Shown here piece after piece: positions 7,902-17,464 of a DNA stretch of 64,000 bases. A model generated the notes under the pieces. It was given only the letters and a program-made list of their open reading frames with translations. It did no database searches and had not been told where the DNA came from. Source of the stretch: a virus; the IMG/VR virus record IMGVR_UViG_3300024274_000264. One strand, given 5' to 3'. The stretch's first letter is position 1, and each line of letters starts with the position of its first letter. The translations under genes and the position numbers were made by a program.

Positions 7902-8354
7902 ATGAAAAAAACGGTCATAGAAAATTTAATTGGATCTAGTGAGAAATGGTCTATAAAACTTGAATTTTCTTTTGAAAATTTAATTCAGGTAAAGAAAATT
8001 CTTTTTAGAGAAGGTATTTCCATGAAAGAATTTTTTAGCTTTTTATCTTATTTGATAGAACATAATCAAAAATATTATGAAATATATAGATTGATCATTG
8101 AAGAGATTAAATTGCTTAAAACGAATAATCAATTAAATCTTTTGAATTCGATGAAGGGAAATAAAAAAAATATTTATTCGTTATTAAATTCTTCGGATGC
8201 ATTTAAGAATAGGAAAGATTATTATAACAGTGATGAAGAAAAAATCAGTAGTGAAGAAAACGAAAACAGCAAAGAAATTAGTAGCGAAGAAGCTTCCTAC
8301 CAAAAATACATCGATGTTATCGAAAAATACAAACTTAAAGAAGACGCTGAGTAA
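7902..8354 (+). CDS. Hypothetical protein (possible ribbon-helix-helix-like N-terminus)
   Basis: ORF; ATG 7902 follows a GGAGG; pattern SIKLEFS..KKILFREGISMKEFF. Confidence 0.5.
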   Translation: MKKTVIENLIGSSEKWSIKLEFSFENLIQVKKILFREGISMKEFFSFLSYLIEHNQKYYEIYRLIIEEIKLLKTNNQLNLLNSMKGNKKNIYSLLNSSDAFKNRKDYYNSDEEKISSEENENSKEISSEEASYQKYIDVIEKYKLKEDAE

Positions 8355-8592
8355 ATTTGAAAATCAAATTGTTATGGATAAATTAGATACCGTTTTAAAA
8401 TTTATTTCCAAATTGGAAAAAAGAATAGCGGATCTTGAAGACATAAATTTAAATTATCTTTCGATAATCGAACAAATGAATGATTCGTTAAATATTTTAA
8501 CAGGTGAAGTTTTAGAAGAAGTTCAAAAAACAGAATCGCTTGATAATCTTTTGGCGCTACCATCAACCAAGAAAAATAATTTCGACAATTGA
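8233..8592 (+). CDS. Hypothetical protein, basic N-terminus plus coiled coil
   Basis: ORF with K-rich start and heptad-like LEKRIADLE. Confidence 0.6.
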   Translation: MKKKSVVKKTKTAKKLVAKKLPTKNTSMLSKNTNLKKTLSKFENQIVMDKLDTVLKFISKLEKRIADLEDINLNYLSIIEQMNDSLNILTGEVLEEVQKTESLDNLLALPSTKKNNFDN

Positions 8593-8607
8593 AATAAGGA
8601 GAATTAC

Positions 8608-9006
8608 ATGACATTAAAAGAAAAAATAATTCAGTTTTTTAAATCTGCATATACATATTTGATTTTAATTGGAATTGGTTTGGCAATTCTTGTTTGTTTT
8701 CTTTTCTTTAAAGAAAAGAAGGCATATGAACTTATTGAATTTCTTAGTAATAAATTAAAAGCGCGAGAACAAGAACTTGAAGATTTGAAAAAACTTGAAA
8801 TCGAACAGAAGAAAAAACAAGAAGAAATTGAAACAAAGTTTCAAGCAACCCTTAAAGAACTTGAAGAAAAACACAAAATTGAATTGTCTCAAATAAATGA
8901 GGCAAAAAAAGAAGAACTAAGAAATATACTTGTGAAATATGAAAATGATCCCGAAGCTCAATCGGAACACTTAAACCAATTATTTGGCTTATCTTCTTCC
9001 ACTTGA
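8608..9006 (+). CDS. Membrane-anchored coiled-coil protein
   Basis: AAGGAG RBS; N-terminal hydrophobic helix followed by an E/K-rich coil. Confidence 0.7.
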   Translation: MTLKEKIIQFFKSAYTYLILIGIGLAILVCFLFFKEKKAYELIEFLSNKLKAREQELEDLKKLEIEQKKKQEEIETKFQATLKELEEKHKIELSQINEAKKEELRNILVKYENDPEAQSEHLNQLFGLSSST

Positions 9007-9050
9007 CATGTGAAACATCCACGCCTATCTTTAGCAGATTGAGGCAAAAT

Positions 9051-9635
9051 ATGGATGCGAATTCCGAACACGACGTTGTTGTTAGAACTCTTTGGACAGC
9101 AAAAGAGGGATATGCTGCCGTTAACACAACAAGCAGAAGCGATAATTGGTCAAGAGGATTATCTCCATTTTTGAATGGGCCAGTTAAAATAAATGGGGAA
9201 ACAGCGTTTAATGTTGAAAATGCATATCAAGGATCAAAAGTATATGCCCAACATTTAGATGACAATGGAGAAATTAAAAACGAATATTATAAATGGCGGC
9301 AATCTGTGTACCGAACCAAACAGGCTCTTAGATACCCATTAGGAAAAAAAGAAAAACCTTTATTTCTCTATGTCGATGGAATTAAATATGATTACTGTGA
9401 AGGGAAAGAAAAGGTGTATATACCTTTATATTCCGATGCAGTTGTTTTAAGCGAAGCATTTGAAACACTTGTTGATTTTGTTTTTTGTCATAAAAAAGTA
9501 TGCCTTTTAGATTTTGACGCTTATGACCACACAGGATTAACACGAAATGAAATTATTTATAACCCAAAGAAAAAATTTGGACATGCATTTTGTTTAATGT
9601 GGTTATTACAAGAAATTTTTGAAATTAAAACCTAG
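9051..9635 (+). CDS. DUF6939-like protein
   Basis: LSPF..GP, NVENAYQGSKVY, RYPLG, YIPLY, LLDFD, FGHAF motifs. Confidence 0.6.
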   Translation: MDANSEHDVVVRTLWTAKEGYAAVNTTSRSDNWSRGLSPFLNGPVKINGETAFNVENAYQGSKVYAQHLDDNGEIKNEYYKWRQSVYRTKQALRYPLGKKEKPLFLYVDGIKYDYCEGKEKVYIPLYSDAVVLSEAFETLVDFVFCHKKVCLLDFDAYDHTGLTRNEIIYNPKKKFGHAFCLMWLLQEIFEIKT

Positions 9636-9664
9636 CAAAATTTAATTCCTGTAGTTAATGTCAT

Positions 9665-9865
9665 ATGAACAAAATTATATTGCTTTGTTTGGTGCTATTG
9701 TTAACTGGTTGTTATTCGACCCAAGAAATTTGGTGTTTTGTTGGGACATTTCGAGAATATCGCTGCCATGTTTCTTATGACGAATGTTTGAAAGACTGGC
9801 ATCTCGTTTGGGATTACGATATAGCTCACAATATACAACACCCATTACAATGCGAAAAACTATAG
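9665..9865 (+). CDS. Small lipoprotein
   Basis: Signal peptide with lipobox LLTGC; Cys-rich. Confidence 0.65.
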   Translation: MNKIILLCLVLLLTGCYSTQEIWCFVGTFREYRCHVSYDECLKDWHLVWDYDIAHNIQHPLQCEKL

Positions 9866-9881
9866 GAGATACAATACAAAA

Positions 9882-10358
9882 ATGGTTTTTTCTACGCTTA
9901 AAAAAGTTGCAGGAGCAACAATCGGATTAGTAATTGGCAATTTCATTGAATGGAATTTTCATAAACACGTATTGCACGGCTTGGGGAAAAAGAAGGATTC
10001 TTTATGGAACTTCCATTGGTATAAACATCACAAACAGTGTAGAAAAGATATGATCGATCCAGACTACCAAATGGGACTAAAGTATTTGTTTTCAACACCC
10101 GAATTTTTAGTTCTTTCATCTGCGATGGGATTAATTTTTAAATTGTTTAGAACCAAGTTTCCAGCGGTTTCGATTGGTGTTATTCTCTATGGGTTTTTAT
10201 ATTACTTTGTTCATATGAGATCACATTTAGATCAAGAATGGGGAGAAAAATGGATTCCTTGGCACGTCGAACACCATCAAAAAGGTAATCAAGAACATTC
10301 TTTCAATGTTGTTTATCCGCTGTTTGATTTAATTCTTGGAACAACTTGGAAACCTTGA
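9882..10358 (+). CDS. Fatty acid hydroxylase/sterol desaturase family protein
   Basis: His boxes HKHVLH, HWYKHH, HMRSH, HVEHH; FNVVYPLFDLILGT. Confidence 0.85.
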   Translation: MVFSTLKKVAGATIGLVIGNFIEWNFHKHVLHGLGKKKDSLWNFHWYKHHKQCRKDMIDPDYQMGLKYLFSTPEFLVLSSAMGLIFKLFRTKFPAVSIGVILYGFLYYFVHMRSHLDQEWGEKWIPWHVEHHQKGNQEHSFNVVYPLFDLILGTTWKP

Positions 10359-10375
10359 TTTAAAATAAGACTCAA

Positions 10376-10717
10376 ATGCGCCAATTCTTTTTAATTTTAA
10401 AGAAAATATTTTTTTCTTTCTTACAAAAGAAAAAGGATAAAGAATTTAATTTGAAGTTAGAACCTGGATGTTCTTATCGAGTTTATTGGAAACTTTCCGT
10501 TGATTCTAAAAGACTTTCAGAAATAGACAAAACAATTAGATTTTTTACTGGGGAGTTGCAGGCGGTTAACACCAGAAAACATGGATTGATTTTAAATCCA
10601 AATGAAAGAATTTATTCTTTTTTGAGAAAAGGATTTGATACAAATACAGGTCAAAAATATATTCATAAATTAGACATACTTGAATCTGAAATTATGAAGC
10701 TTGAATTTGTTGGCTAG
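10376..10717 (+). CDS. Hypothetical protein
   Basis: 113-aa ORF only. Confidence 0.55.
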   Translation: MRQFFLILKKIFFSFLQKKKDKEFNLKLEPGCSYRVYWKLSVDSKRLSEIDKTIRFFTGELQAVNTRKHGLILNPNERIYSFLRKGFDTNTGQKYIHKLDILESEIMKLEFVG

Positions 10718-11276
10718 GGCTTGTTGTGTTTTGTATTTCTTGGGTATTAGCCGTTTTTAATTTTTGGACGAACTTATATGTTTGACTAACTGAGTTTTGA
10801 AATCTTTTCAAAACATTTAAATATTGTTGTTTGGATTCTTCTGGTGCTGACTGTAATTCTTCTTGAAGTTCCCCAAACATTTTTGAATTTTTCTGTTGTT
10901 GTGCCGAAAGAATTTCCGCCAGCTTCGCTAAAATTTCCGTTATTTGTTTTTTAAGCTGATCCAAACTTTTGCCATTTTCGACTGCATCTCTATAAGTTCC
11001 AAACATTTTTGAAAATGTTTTTAAGAAGTTTCCTAAGATGGTATCAAGTTTAATTGCTTCTTCACCAAACGTTTTAACATTTTGATTGTTTCGATAAGTC
11101 TGCATCAAAAATGTGCCAAGGTCTCTATAATTTGCATTTTCGGCAAAACTTCGTAGCTCCAAAAAAATATCATAAAAAGATTTAAGAGTTGGATCGGTTA
11201 TTTGGTTCTCTGTTAGAGATATCTCTCTTAAAAATTTAAGTAATTCTTTTACTGAAATACGAATGGAAGGTTTCAT
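10692..11276 (-). CDS. Hypothetical helical protein, probably late/virion
   Basis: ORF (ATG 11276); N-terminal ELLKFLRE; TATTTA upstream. Confidence 0.6.
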   Translation of the reverse strand: MKPSIRISVKELLKFLREISLTENQITDPTLKSFYDIFLELRSFAENANYRDLGTFLMQTYRNNQNVKTFGEEAIKLDTILGNFLKTFSKMFGTYRDAVENGKSLDQLKKQITEILAKLAEILSAQQQKNSKMFGELQEELQSAPEESKQQYLNVLKRFQNSVSQTYKFVQKLKTANTQEIQNTTSPSQQIQAS

Positions 11277-11300
11277 AACAATACTCAAAAGATAAATACA

Positions 11301-11888
11301 ATGCTAAAAAATATAACAGGTGATGCAATTAGATTTTACCGAAATAACGTAGTAAAAACACTCTATAAATTGTCCGAGGAATTTTACGAAGAAGAGAAAA
11401 AATTAGTTTTATTAAGTCCAAATATAAAATATGGTGACATTGACGGAATTAAATACTTTTTCTTAAAAGAAAAAGAACTCGAACCTATTCTAGAAACTTT
11501 TAGAGAAGAATGGTCAAACAAACACAGCATGTTTGATATATTTTACGATATAATCGAAAAGAAACGAGCAAAAAAAGAAAGTGAAATGTTTGTTATTGAA
11601 CTATTTCGAATAGGTCGACAAAAAACCATTTCAAATTCTTTCGAACTCTGTCTAGAAAATCTTTTTTTAGAGGCTGATAATAAATCAAAAGTTGACTATA
11701 ATCAACTTCATTGGTTTGAAACTCTTATGTTCTCTTTAAGAAATTATTTTATTCTTGATTTTGAAACAAGGAAAAGATATTTCGAAATAGTCTCGAACTC
11801 CTCATATGTTGGGTTTATAGAAACTATCCCAAAAAAATCTTCAACGCCAGGGTTACAAAATTTTTTAGTTAAAGAAATAACTCTTTAA
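11301..11888 (+). CDS. Hypothetical protein
   Basis: 195-aa ORF only. Confidence 0.6.
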   Translation: MLKNITGDAIRFYRNNVVKTLYKLSEEFYEEEKKLVLLSPNIKYGDIDGIKYFFLKEKELEPILETFREEWSNKHSMFDIFYDIIEKKRAKKESEMFVIELFRIGRQKTISNSFELCLENLFLEADNKSKVDYNQLHWFETLMFSLRNYFILDFETRKRYFEIVSNSSYVGFIETIPKKSSTPGLQNFLVKEITL

Positions 11889-11897
11889 TTAAGAAGT

Positions 11898-12530
11898 ATG
11901 ACAGATACAGCAAAAAAAGCAATTCTATATTTTGCAATTTCTTTATTAGTTTTAGGTGCAGTTTCAGGTCTTTCTGCACTAATTTATAACGCAACAAAAC
12001 CAAACAACCATAACGAAACAAAGTATGGAGTTTATGAAATTAATTTAAGTGGAGACGAATGGGGGCGGTTTAATCGTAGACAATTAATTCTCGAAACATT
12101 GCCAGAGTTAAATAGACTAGGGCCTACAATGCGATTAGTTGACTCAGGAGGGGATGTTTTAGTTTTAATTGACCAGAATCAATCCACAACAAGAAATTGT
12201 TATTCTGGTGATTTTATGCAGTCTCAAAGGGTAATAACTTTATATCCAACTTGTATAACTTCTGATATCGAATTTAAATCTACATTCATGCATGAAATTG
12301 GCCATTCATTAGGAATGAATCATATTTGTAGAAGAAATGGAGAAGTAAATGATTGTTCTCCAGTAGTTCACGGAATATCTATTATGAATCCAGGTTTGGA
12401 TTACACAGATGTTTTTGAAAATCAATCAGTGTTTGATGAAATTAATCGAATATCGTCAATTCCATCTATTGAGGTTGTTGACCTTGATATAAAAGAATTT
12501 AATAGAGTTTGGAATGGAAAAAGATATTAA
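11898..12530 (+). CDS. Membrane-anchored metzincin (matrixin-like) zinc metalloprotease
   Basis: HEIGHSLGMNH plus SIM Met-turn; N-terminal TM helix. Confidence 0.85.
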   Translation: MTDTAKKAILYFAISLLVLGAVSGLSALIYNATKPNNHNETKYGVYEINLSGDEWGRFNRRQLILETLPELNRLGPTMRLVDSGGDVLVLIDQNQSTTRNCYSGDFMQSQRVITLYPTCITSDIEFKSTFMHEIGHSLGMNHICRRNGEVNDCSPVVHGISIMNPGLDYTDVFENQSVFDEINRISSIPSIEVVDLDIKEFNRVWNGKRY

Positions 12531-13315
12531 ATAATTTTTCCATATTCTATTGGTATAAATTTATCATTAGAGTTGAATGTTTGATAGTTTTTAACATGAC
12601 CAACGTCTAAAGTTTGAATTAGGTATTTTTCATTTATTTTAAGAAACCACAAATCTCTTTTTTCGGTTGTTGCGAGGTCATAAGCGTAACCTTCAGCTTC
12701 ATTTTCAGAAGTTGTGACAAATATGTTTTTTGGAAACAGGTTCTTATCAACTAAATTCTGTAATTGCTCTCTGTCTTTTGTAGGTCTAGCAGTATATACA
12801 GAAATAATTTTATTCTTTTTTACTTTGCCGTTTTTTAAAAAATTTACAAGATTGAAATAATCTGCTTCTACATCGGGATCTTTAAAGAAAAAACCATCAC
12901 CAGCTTCTAAAACATCTTCAACCATTTTATCTTCACCAGATACAAACAAAGTGAAAGAAGGCTGATCGAGATTTTTATCTATTGTTGGGTCTTTTGTAAC
13001 ATAGATATAGGAATCTTCCATTGGACTTGTTTCAAACTTTTCGCCACCATATTCATAGTTTGTTTGAATATTTGGAACGACAAAAACATTAGAGCCATTC
13101 CAAGAAGATTCTAAAGCTTTCAAAGCAGGAATTATTATACTGTTTAAGTTCTTTTTTTGAAGTTTAATTGTTTCTTCTTGAGCATATTTTAATAATTCTT
13201 CCGCGCGATTTTCAGTTAAATCAAGGTCTTCAATTGCTGTTTTTAAAAAATTATAATAGTCTTTGGCGTTTATTTGCAGTTCCACTTTTGATTCAAAAAT
13301 AAATTTTTTTAACAT
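12527..13315 (-). CDS. Hypothetical protein with FIFES leader; possible ADP-ribosyltransferase-like C-terminal domain
   Basis: MLKKFIFES start; VYTAR..IFVTTSENEAEGYA..LWFLKI is reminiscent of ART folds. Confidence 0.45.
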   Translation of the reverse strand: MLKKFIFESKVELQINAKDYYNFLKTAIEDLDLTENRAEELLKYAQEETIKLQKKNLNSIIIPALKALESSWNGSNVFVVPNIQTNYEYGGEKFETSPMEDSYIYVTKDPTIDKNLDQPSFTLFVSGEDKMVEDVLEAGDGFFFKDPDVEADYFNLVNFLKNGKVKKNKIISVYTARPTKDREQLQNLVDKNLFPKNIFVTTSENEAEGYAYDLATTEKRDLWFLKINEKYLIQTLDVGHVKNYQTFNSNDKFIPIEYGKII

Positions 13316-13324
13316 TGCAAAATT

Positions 13325-13330
13325 TAATTA
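13325..13330. promoter_or_regulatory. Palindromic TAATTA putative bidirectional late promoter
   Basis: 9 nt from the minus-strand ATG (13315) and 11 nt from the plus-strand ATG (13342). Confidence 0.5.
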
Positions 13331-13341
13331 CAAGCCATAAC

Positions 13342-14166
13342 ATGCAAAATATGAATAACGAACTTAATGTTATAGTTTTTAGCCGAAATCGAGCTATGCA
13401 GCTTGATTTGCTTTTAACTTCTCTTAAACAGACATTTAAAGAATATAACAAAACAAAAATCAATGTCATATACGATTTTACCGATACGGAATTTTACGAC
13501 GGATATGAATTATTAAAAGAGCAAACGGATAAAAATATAAATTTTGTTACCGATAATGAATATGGATCATTTAAAACTACAGTTTTAAATCTTTTAGACC
13601 CAAAAAAAGATTTAACCATGTTTTTGTGTGACGATATTATTTTTTCGAATGATTGGTCTTTAACAGATAAAGAAATTGAAGTTTTAAAAACTGATGAAAC
13701 TATTATCGCAACTTCGCTTAGACTTTGGGATGGAATTGATTTTTGCTATGCGACAAATCAAAAAAGCCAGTGTCCAAAACTAGAAAATGGTATATGGAAC
13801 TGGACTACTTCTGTAGGAGATTGGGGTTATCCAATGTCTGTTGATGGAAACATCTATAAAACAGAGTTTATTTTGTCTAAAATAAACGAAGTTGCGTTCA
13901 AAACACCAAACGAATTAGAGGCGGTCTTAGCAATAACAGCCGATCGAAGTAAACCAAATTATTGTTGCTATGTGACAGAACCAAAACTTTTTAACATCCC
14001 AGCCAACATAGTCCAAACTACATTTCAAAACAAACATGGAAATATTAAAACTGCAAATCAATTAAATTACTTGTTTTTAAATGGTAAAAGATTAGATGAA
14101 AAATTTTACTTTGGAAAAAAATTCAACACAGTTCATGTTGAACTGGATTTAAAAGTAAAGGATTAA
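13342..14166 (+). CDS. Glycosyltransferase (GT-A/GT2-like)
   Basis: IVFSRNRAMQLDLLL, FLCDD (xDD motif), WGYPMSVDG. Confidence 0.7.
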   Translation: MQNMNNELNVIVFSRNRAMQLDLLLTSLKQTFKEYNKTKINVIYDFTDTEFYDGYELLKEQTDKNINFVTDNEYGSFKTTVLNLLDPKKDLTMFLCDDIIFSNDWSLTDKEIEVLKTDETIIATSLRLWDGIDFCYATNQKSQCPKLENGIWNWTTSVGDWGYPMSVDGNIYKTEFILSKINEVAFKTPNELEAVLAITADRSKPNYCCYVTEPKLFNIPANIVQTTFQNKHGNIKTANQLNYLFLNGKRLDEKFYFGKKFNTVHVELDLKVKD

Positions 14167-14192
14167 AAAATTGAAATTCAATTTCCCATTTT

Positions 14193-14621
14193 ATGAAAAA
14201 AAATTTTAACCAAGAAGTGTGTTCGCTTGCGTACCAATATTTTTTAATTTGGGCGAAGAAAGAGTTTGAAACAAATCCAGATCTTGATTACCAGTCAATC
14301 ATATATTATCCACATTATCCGCTGCTTCGGCGCACAGAAAATAGTGTTGTAATTCAAATGCATACGTTAGTTTCAAACAAAGAAGATCTTGTTAAATTTA
14401 TTAAAAAAAAGATTCAATCCGTAAACATGGAGTTTAAAACAGATCTTTTTTTTGATTTACTAATGAGATATTTTGTTGAAAATTATAAACTGAAAAAATT
14501 AGGAACCAACACAACAAAAAACCAATATGGTTCTTATCATTTTATTGTTGATAGAAATTTATCTTGGTTTTTCTACAATAAAAAAACCGAAGAGCTAACA
14601 GAACTAAAAAAGGAAACATAA
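14193..14621 (+). CDS. Hypothetical protein
   Basis: 142-aa ORF only. Confidence 0.55.
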   Translation: MKKNFNQEVCSLAYQYFLIWAKKEFETNPDLDYQSIIYYPHYPLLRRTENSVVIQMHTLVSNKEDLVKFIKKKIQSVNMEFKTDLFFDLLMRYFVENYKLKKLGTNTTKNQYGSYHFIVDRNLSWFFYNKKTEELTELKKET

Positions 14622-14624
14622 AAT

Positions 14625-15455
14625 ATGGCAATATATCTTTCGACAAATCCCGATGGCGGCAACATTGAAGGTATTGGTGTAATGGTACAATCACAACTGT
14701 TTACCAAAGCTTTAAGCCAACTTTTTAATTGCAACTATATTTTTAGAGGTTTTAAAAATTTTACACATTACCAATATTTCGATATAACGCAAGAGAGGTT
14801 TATGGATGACATAAACTATCTTTTTAATTTATATGAAAATGAAACGCTTCGGCCTGAAAAAATATCGGTTTCATCAGAAGATGAATTTAAAAAGTTTGTA
14901 TCAAGACAATCGGATTCTAATCTTGAATTGGAATTAGAACCAGGGCTGGTAACAAAATTAGGTCAGCAGTATTTACAAGAATTTGAAAAACATGGTTTTA
15001 TCAAACAAATAAAAAATAGATTTAATTTAAAACAAGAAAATCGAAAAAATGACTTTATCATTGCTGTCCATATTAGAAAATTCACAAAAACAGATTTAGA
15101 CCCTTCTCCTTTTAGGGATTATTTTTCAAAAGAAAAAGAAGATTATTATCTAAATTTAGTAGACGGATTGCGAGAAACATATAAATCAAAAAATCCAAAA
15201 TTTCAAATATATTCACAAGGATATATTGAAGACTTTAATTTTTTAAAAGCAGAAGATACTTCTTTTTTTATTGAAGAGTATCCTCTAGATTCATTTGAAA
15301 AGATGTTATCTTCTGATGTTTTTGTAATGGCAAACAGTTCCTTAAGTTACATTGTTCATTTGTTAAGAGATAAAATTACTTACTGTAAAACAGGTTTTTA
15401 TCACAAAACATATGAAAACTTAAAGATGTTTATTGGATATGACGGATTAATATAA
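14625..15455 (+). CDS. Fucosyltransferase-like glycosyltransferase (GT11/GT23-like)
   Basis: GIG..Q, IAVHIRK and SDVFVMANSSLSY GDP-fucose-binding motifs. Confidence 0.7.
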   Translation: MAIYLSTNPDGGNIEGIGVMVQSQLFTKALSQLFNCNYIFRGFKNFTHYQYFDITQERFMDDINYLFNLYENETLRPEKISVSSEDEFKKFVSRQSDSNLELELEPGLVTKLGQQYLQEFEKHGFIKQIKNRFNLKQENRKNDFIIAVHIRKFTKTDLDPSPFRDYFSKEKEDYYLNLVDGLRETYKSKNPKFQIYSQGYIEDFNFLKAEDTSFFIEEYPLDSFEKMLSSDVFVMANSSLSYIVHLLRDKITYCKTGFYHKTYENLKMFIGYDGLI

Positions 15456-15668
15456 TTATGTTCCGCTGATTGTAATAGAGCCAGAGTATGACAATACGTG
15501 GTAATTAAGACCATCGCATTTAAGTACGACTGAGCATCCTACAGAACTACTAAGTGTTAGTTTTGAGCCAAAACCAACGTTTGATGTACTTCTGGCTACG
15601 CTAAAACCAGAACTGTTATTTGTTGTTACTATGCCAGATGTTTCATCTGTACGTGTTCCTAAAGATAT
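15456..15668 (-). pseudogene. Start-less 70-codon Ser/Thr/Gly-rich ORF, likely a structural-gene remnant
   Basis: Own translation ISLGTRTDETSG..GSKLTLSSSVGCSVVLKCDGLNYHVLSYSGSITISGT*; TATTTA and GGAG upstream but no in-frame ATG. Confidence 0.45.
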
Positions 15669-15710
15669 TTAATATAAATCTCCGAAAATAAATATTGAAA
15701 GAAATGTAAT

Positions 15711-15740
15711 TTTACATTTTCCTGTTATTGTTTATAAAAT
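15711..15740 (+). promoter_or_regulatory. Putative sigma70-type promoter
   Basis: TTTACA-N18-TAAAAT followed by AGGAG and ATG 15748. Confidence 0.35.
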
Positions 15741-15747
15741 CCAGGAG

Positions 15748-16464
15748 ATGAAGTACGCAGCCTCACTTGAAAATATTGATTTTGATTTTATTAATTCAAA
15801 ACTTAAAAATGGAACAAAATTTCGAATTGATATTGGAACTTCAATTTGTTCGCCAGTAACCAAATTCTGGTTTGATAACATTGATGAAAATATTTTTGTT
15901 ATTGGAATAGATCCAAATCCAGATTGTTATGAAGGTCAAAATATTTGGAATAATAAAATTACAAATATAAAATTGGCATTTGAAGGTCACCCAAAAAGTG
16001 GCAATTATTATCACTTATGCTGTGCGATAGACAATGTAGAAAAACCTGAAAAATGTGATTTTTACCGTACTACCGTAAATGTCGGTTGTTCAAGTTTATT
16101 AAAACCTAAACTCGAAAATTTTGTTGGTTGTCAGTTGCAAGATATCATCAAAGTTGATACCATTTCAATGAAATATTTACTAGATAAAATTAAATATGAC
16201 AAAATTGAAATGGTTAAAATTGATGCACAAGGAAAAGACTTAGATATTGTTAAAAGTTTTAAGGAACACTTAAAGAATGTTGTTTATCTTGATGTGGAAG
16301 GCGACACAACAAGACAATATGAAAACGCACCAAACAATTCTCAAATCGTAAATCAAATATTAGCTTTGGATTTTGTTTATTATGCAAATCTTGGCGAAAA
16401 TTTACGTTTTGTTAATAATAGCTTAGATACTTTTGGCTATAATAATAAAACAGGGGATCTATAA
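15748..16464 (+). CDS. FkbM family methyltransferase
   Basis: IDIG, GIDPNP, GCSSLLKP, KIDAQGKDLDI. Confidence 0.85.
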   Translation: MKYAASLENIDFDFINSKLKNGTKFRIDIGTSICSPVTKFWFDNIDENIFVIGIDPNPDCYEGQNIWNNKITNIKLAFEGHPKSGNYYHLCCAIDNVEKPEKCDFYRTTVNVGCSSLLKPKLENFVGCQLQDIIKVDTISMKYLLDKIKYDKIEMVKIDAQGKDLDIVKSFKEHLKNVVYLDVEGDTTRQYENAPNNSQIVNQILALDFVYYANLGENLRFVNNSLDTFGYNNKTGDL

Positions 16465-16478
16465 AAATATTTCACTCA

Positions 16479-16498
16479 AAAAGCGTTTAAACGCTTTT
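16479..16498. repeat. Perfect 20-bp palindrome (terminator/operator candidate)
   Basis: AAAAGCGTTTAAACGCTTTT just after the FkbM stop. Confidence 0.6.
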
Positions 16499-16505
16499 AA
16501 GTAAT

Positions 16506-16627
16506 ATGAAAAATTTATCCATAATTGGAACATGTAAGCTAGTTTATGTTTTGCCTTAATATTAGAAAAAACCGAATATAATCTATTAAATGTTGGTATC
16601 AATACGGACTATACCGAAAACATTTAG
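16506..16627 (+). pseudogene. Frameshifted 5' fragment of a nucleotide-sugar dehydrogenase
   Basis: With one frameshift reads MKNLSIIGTCKL-LCFALILEKTEYNLLNV, versus MKKLSIIGIGKLGLCFALTLEKHGYNVLGV at 17944. Confidence 0.8.
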
Positions 16628-16747
16628 TTGCAAAACTATTAGACTTACGACTGAGTTTCTTTAACGGATATATAGATTTAATCCAACAAAATATTTTTAT
16701 AGTTAAAGTAACATTTATGAAATGTAGGTGCAACTATATCAAGCACA

Positions 16748-17464
16748 ATGTTTACACAAGATAACCTTTGTCTTAAAAACGCTTATAATTTTATCTATCA
16801 AAATAAAACAAATCCAATCCCAGTAATATTTGATGTGGGATTTAACCGTGGTGAATTTCTAGCAGATGCTTATTCAGTCCTTGGATCGGAACTAGAATTT
16901 TTTGCATTTGAACCAAATAAAAATGCGAAAGACCCAAACATTGAAAATGTTTATTTTTTTAACATGGCGCTTGGAGATACAGAAAAAAAAGGAACATTGT
17001 ATGTTCCATATGAATTTAAAGAAAAAGATAATATTTCAAGATGTGCTAGTTTATATAATCGTCCAGCGTTTGAAAAAATGACAAATTATGAGTTGCAAAC
17101 GATGGATATTGAAATTACCACATTGGATATGTTTGTTCAAAAACATTTAATTCAGCATATAGATTATTTAAAAATTGATACTGAAGGATACGAATTAAAT
17201 GTTCTTAAAGGTGCTGAAAATACGTTTCGCCTCGATAAAATCAGTGCAGGACAATTTGAATATGGTGACTGTTTTAAGGAACAAAATTACACAATAGAAG
17301 ATGTTGTCTTTTGGTTAAATTTTAATAATTTTACATGTTTTTTAGGTGAAATTCAAAAAGAAAACATTCTCTTTGTTGAAAATGCATCAGCAGTTATAAA
17401 ACAAAAATCAATTGATCTTTGGGAAAATATATTATTTGTTAATAATAAAATATTGGATCTCTAA
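16748..17464 (+). CDS. FkbM family methyltransferase
   Basis: FDVGFNRG, AFEP, ALG, TLD, LKIDTEGYELNVLKGA, QFEYG. Confidence 0.92.
   Translation: MFTQDNLCLKNAYNFIYQNKTNPIPVIFDVGFNRGEFLADAYSVLGSELEFFAFEPNKNAKDPNIENVYFFNMALGDTEKKGTLYVPYEFKEKDNISRCASLYNRPAFEKMTNYELQTMDIEITTLDMFVQKHLIQHIDYLKIDTEGYELNVLKGAENTFRLDKISAGQFEYGDCFKEQNYTIEDVVFWLNFNNFTCFLGEIQKENILFVENASAVIKQKSIDLWENILFVNNKILDL

Noticed and set aside
8608-9865. i-spanin/o-spanin pair
   Set aside because: The TM coiled-coil gene and the lipoprotein are separated by an unrelated gene, and no lysis genes are nearby
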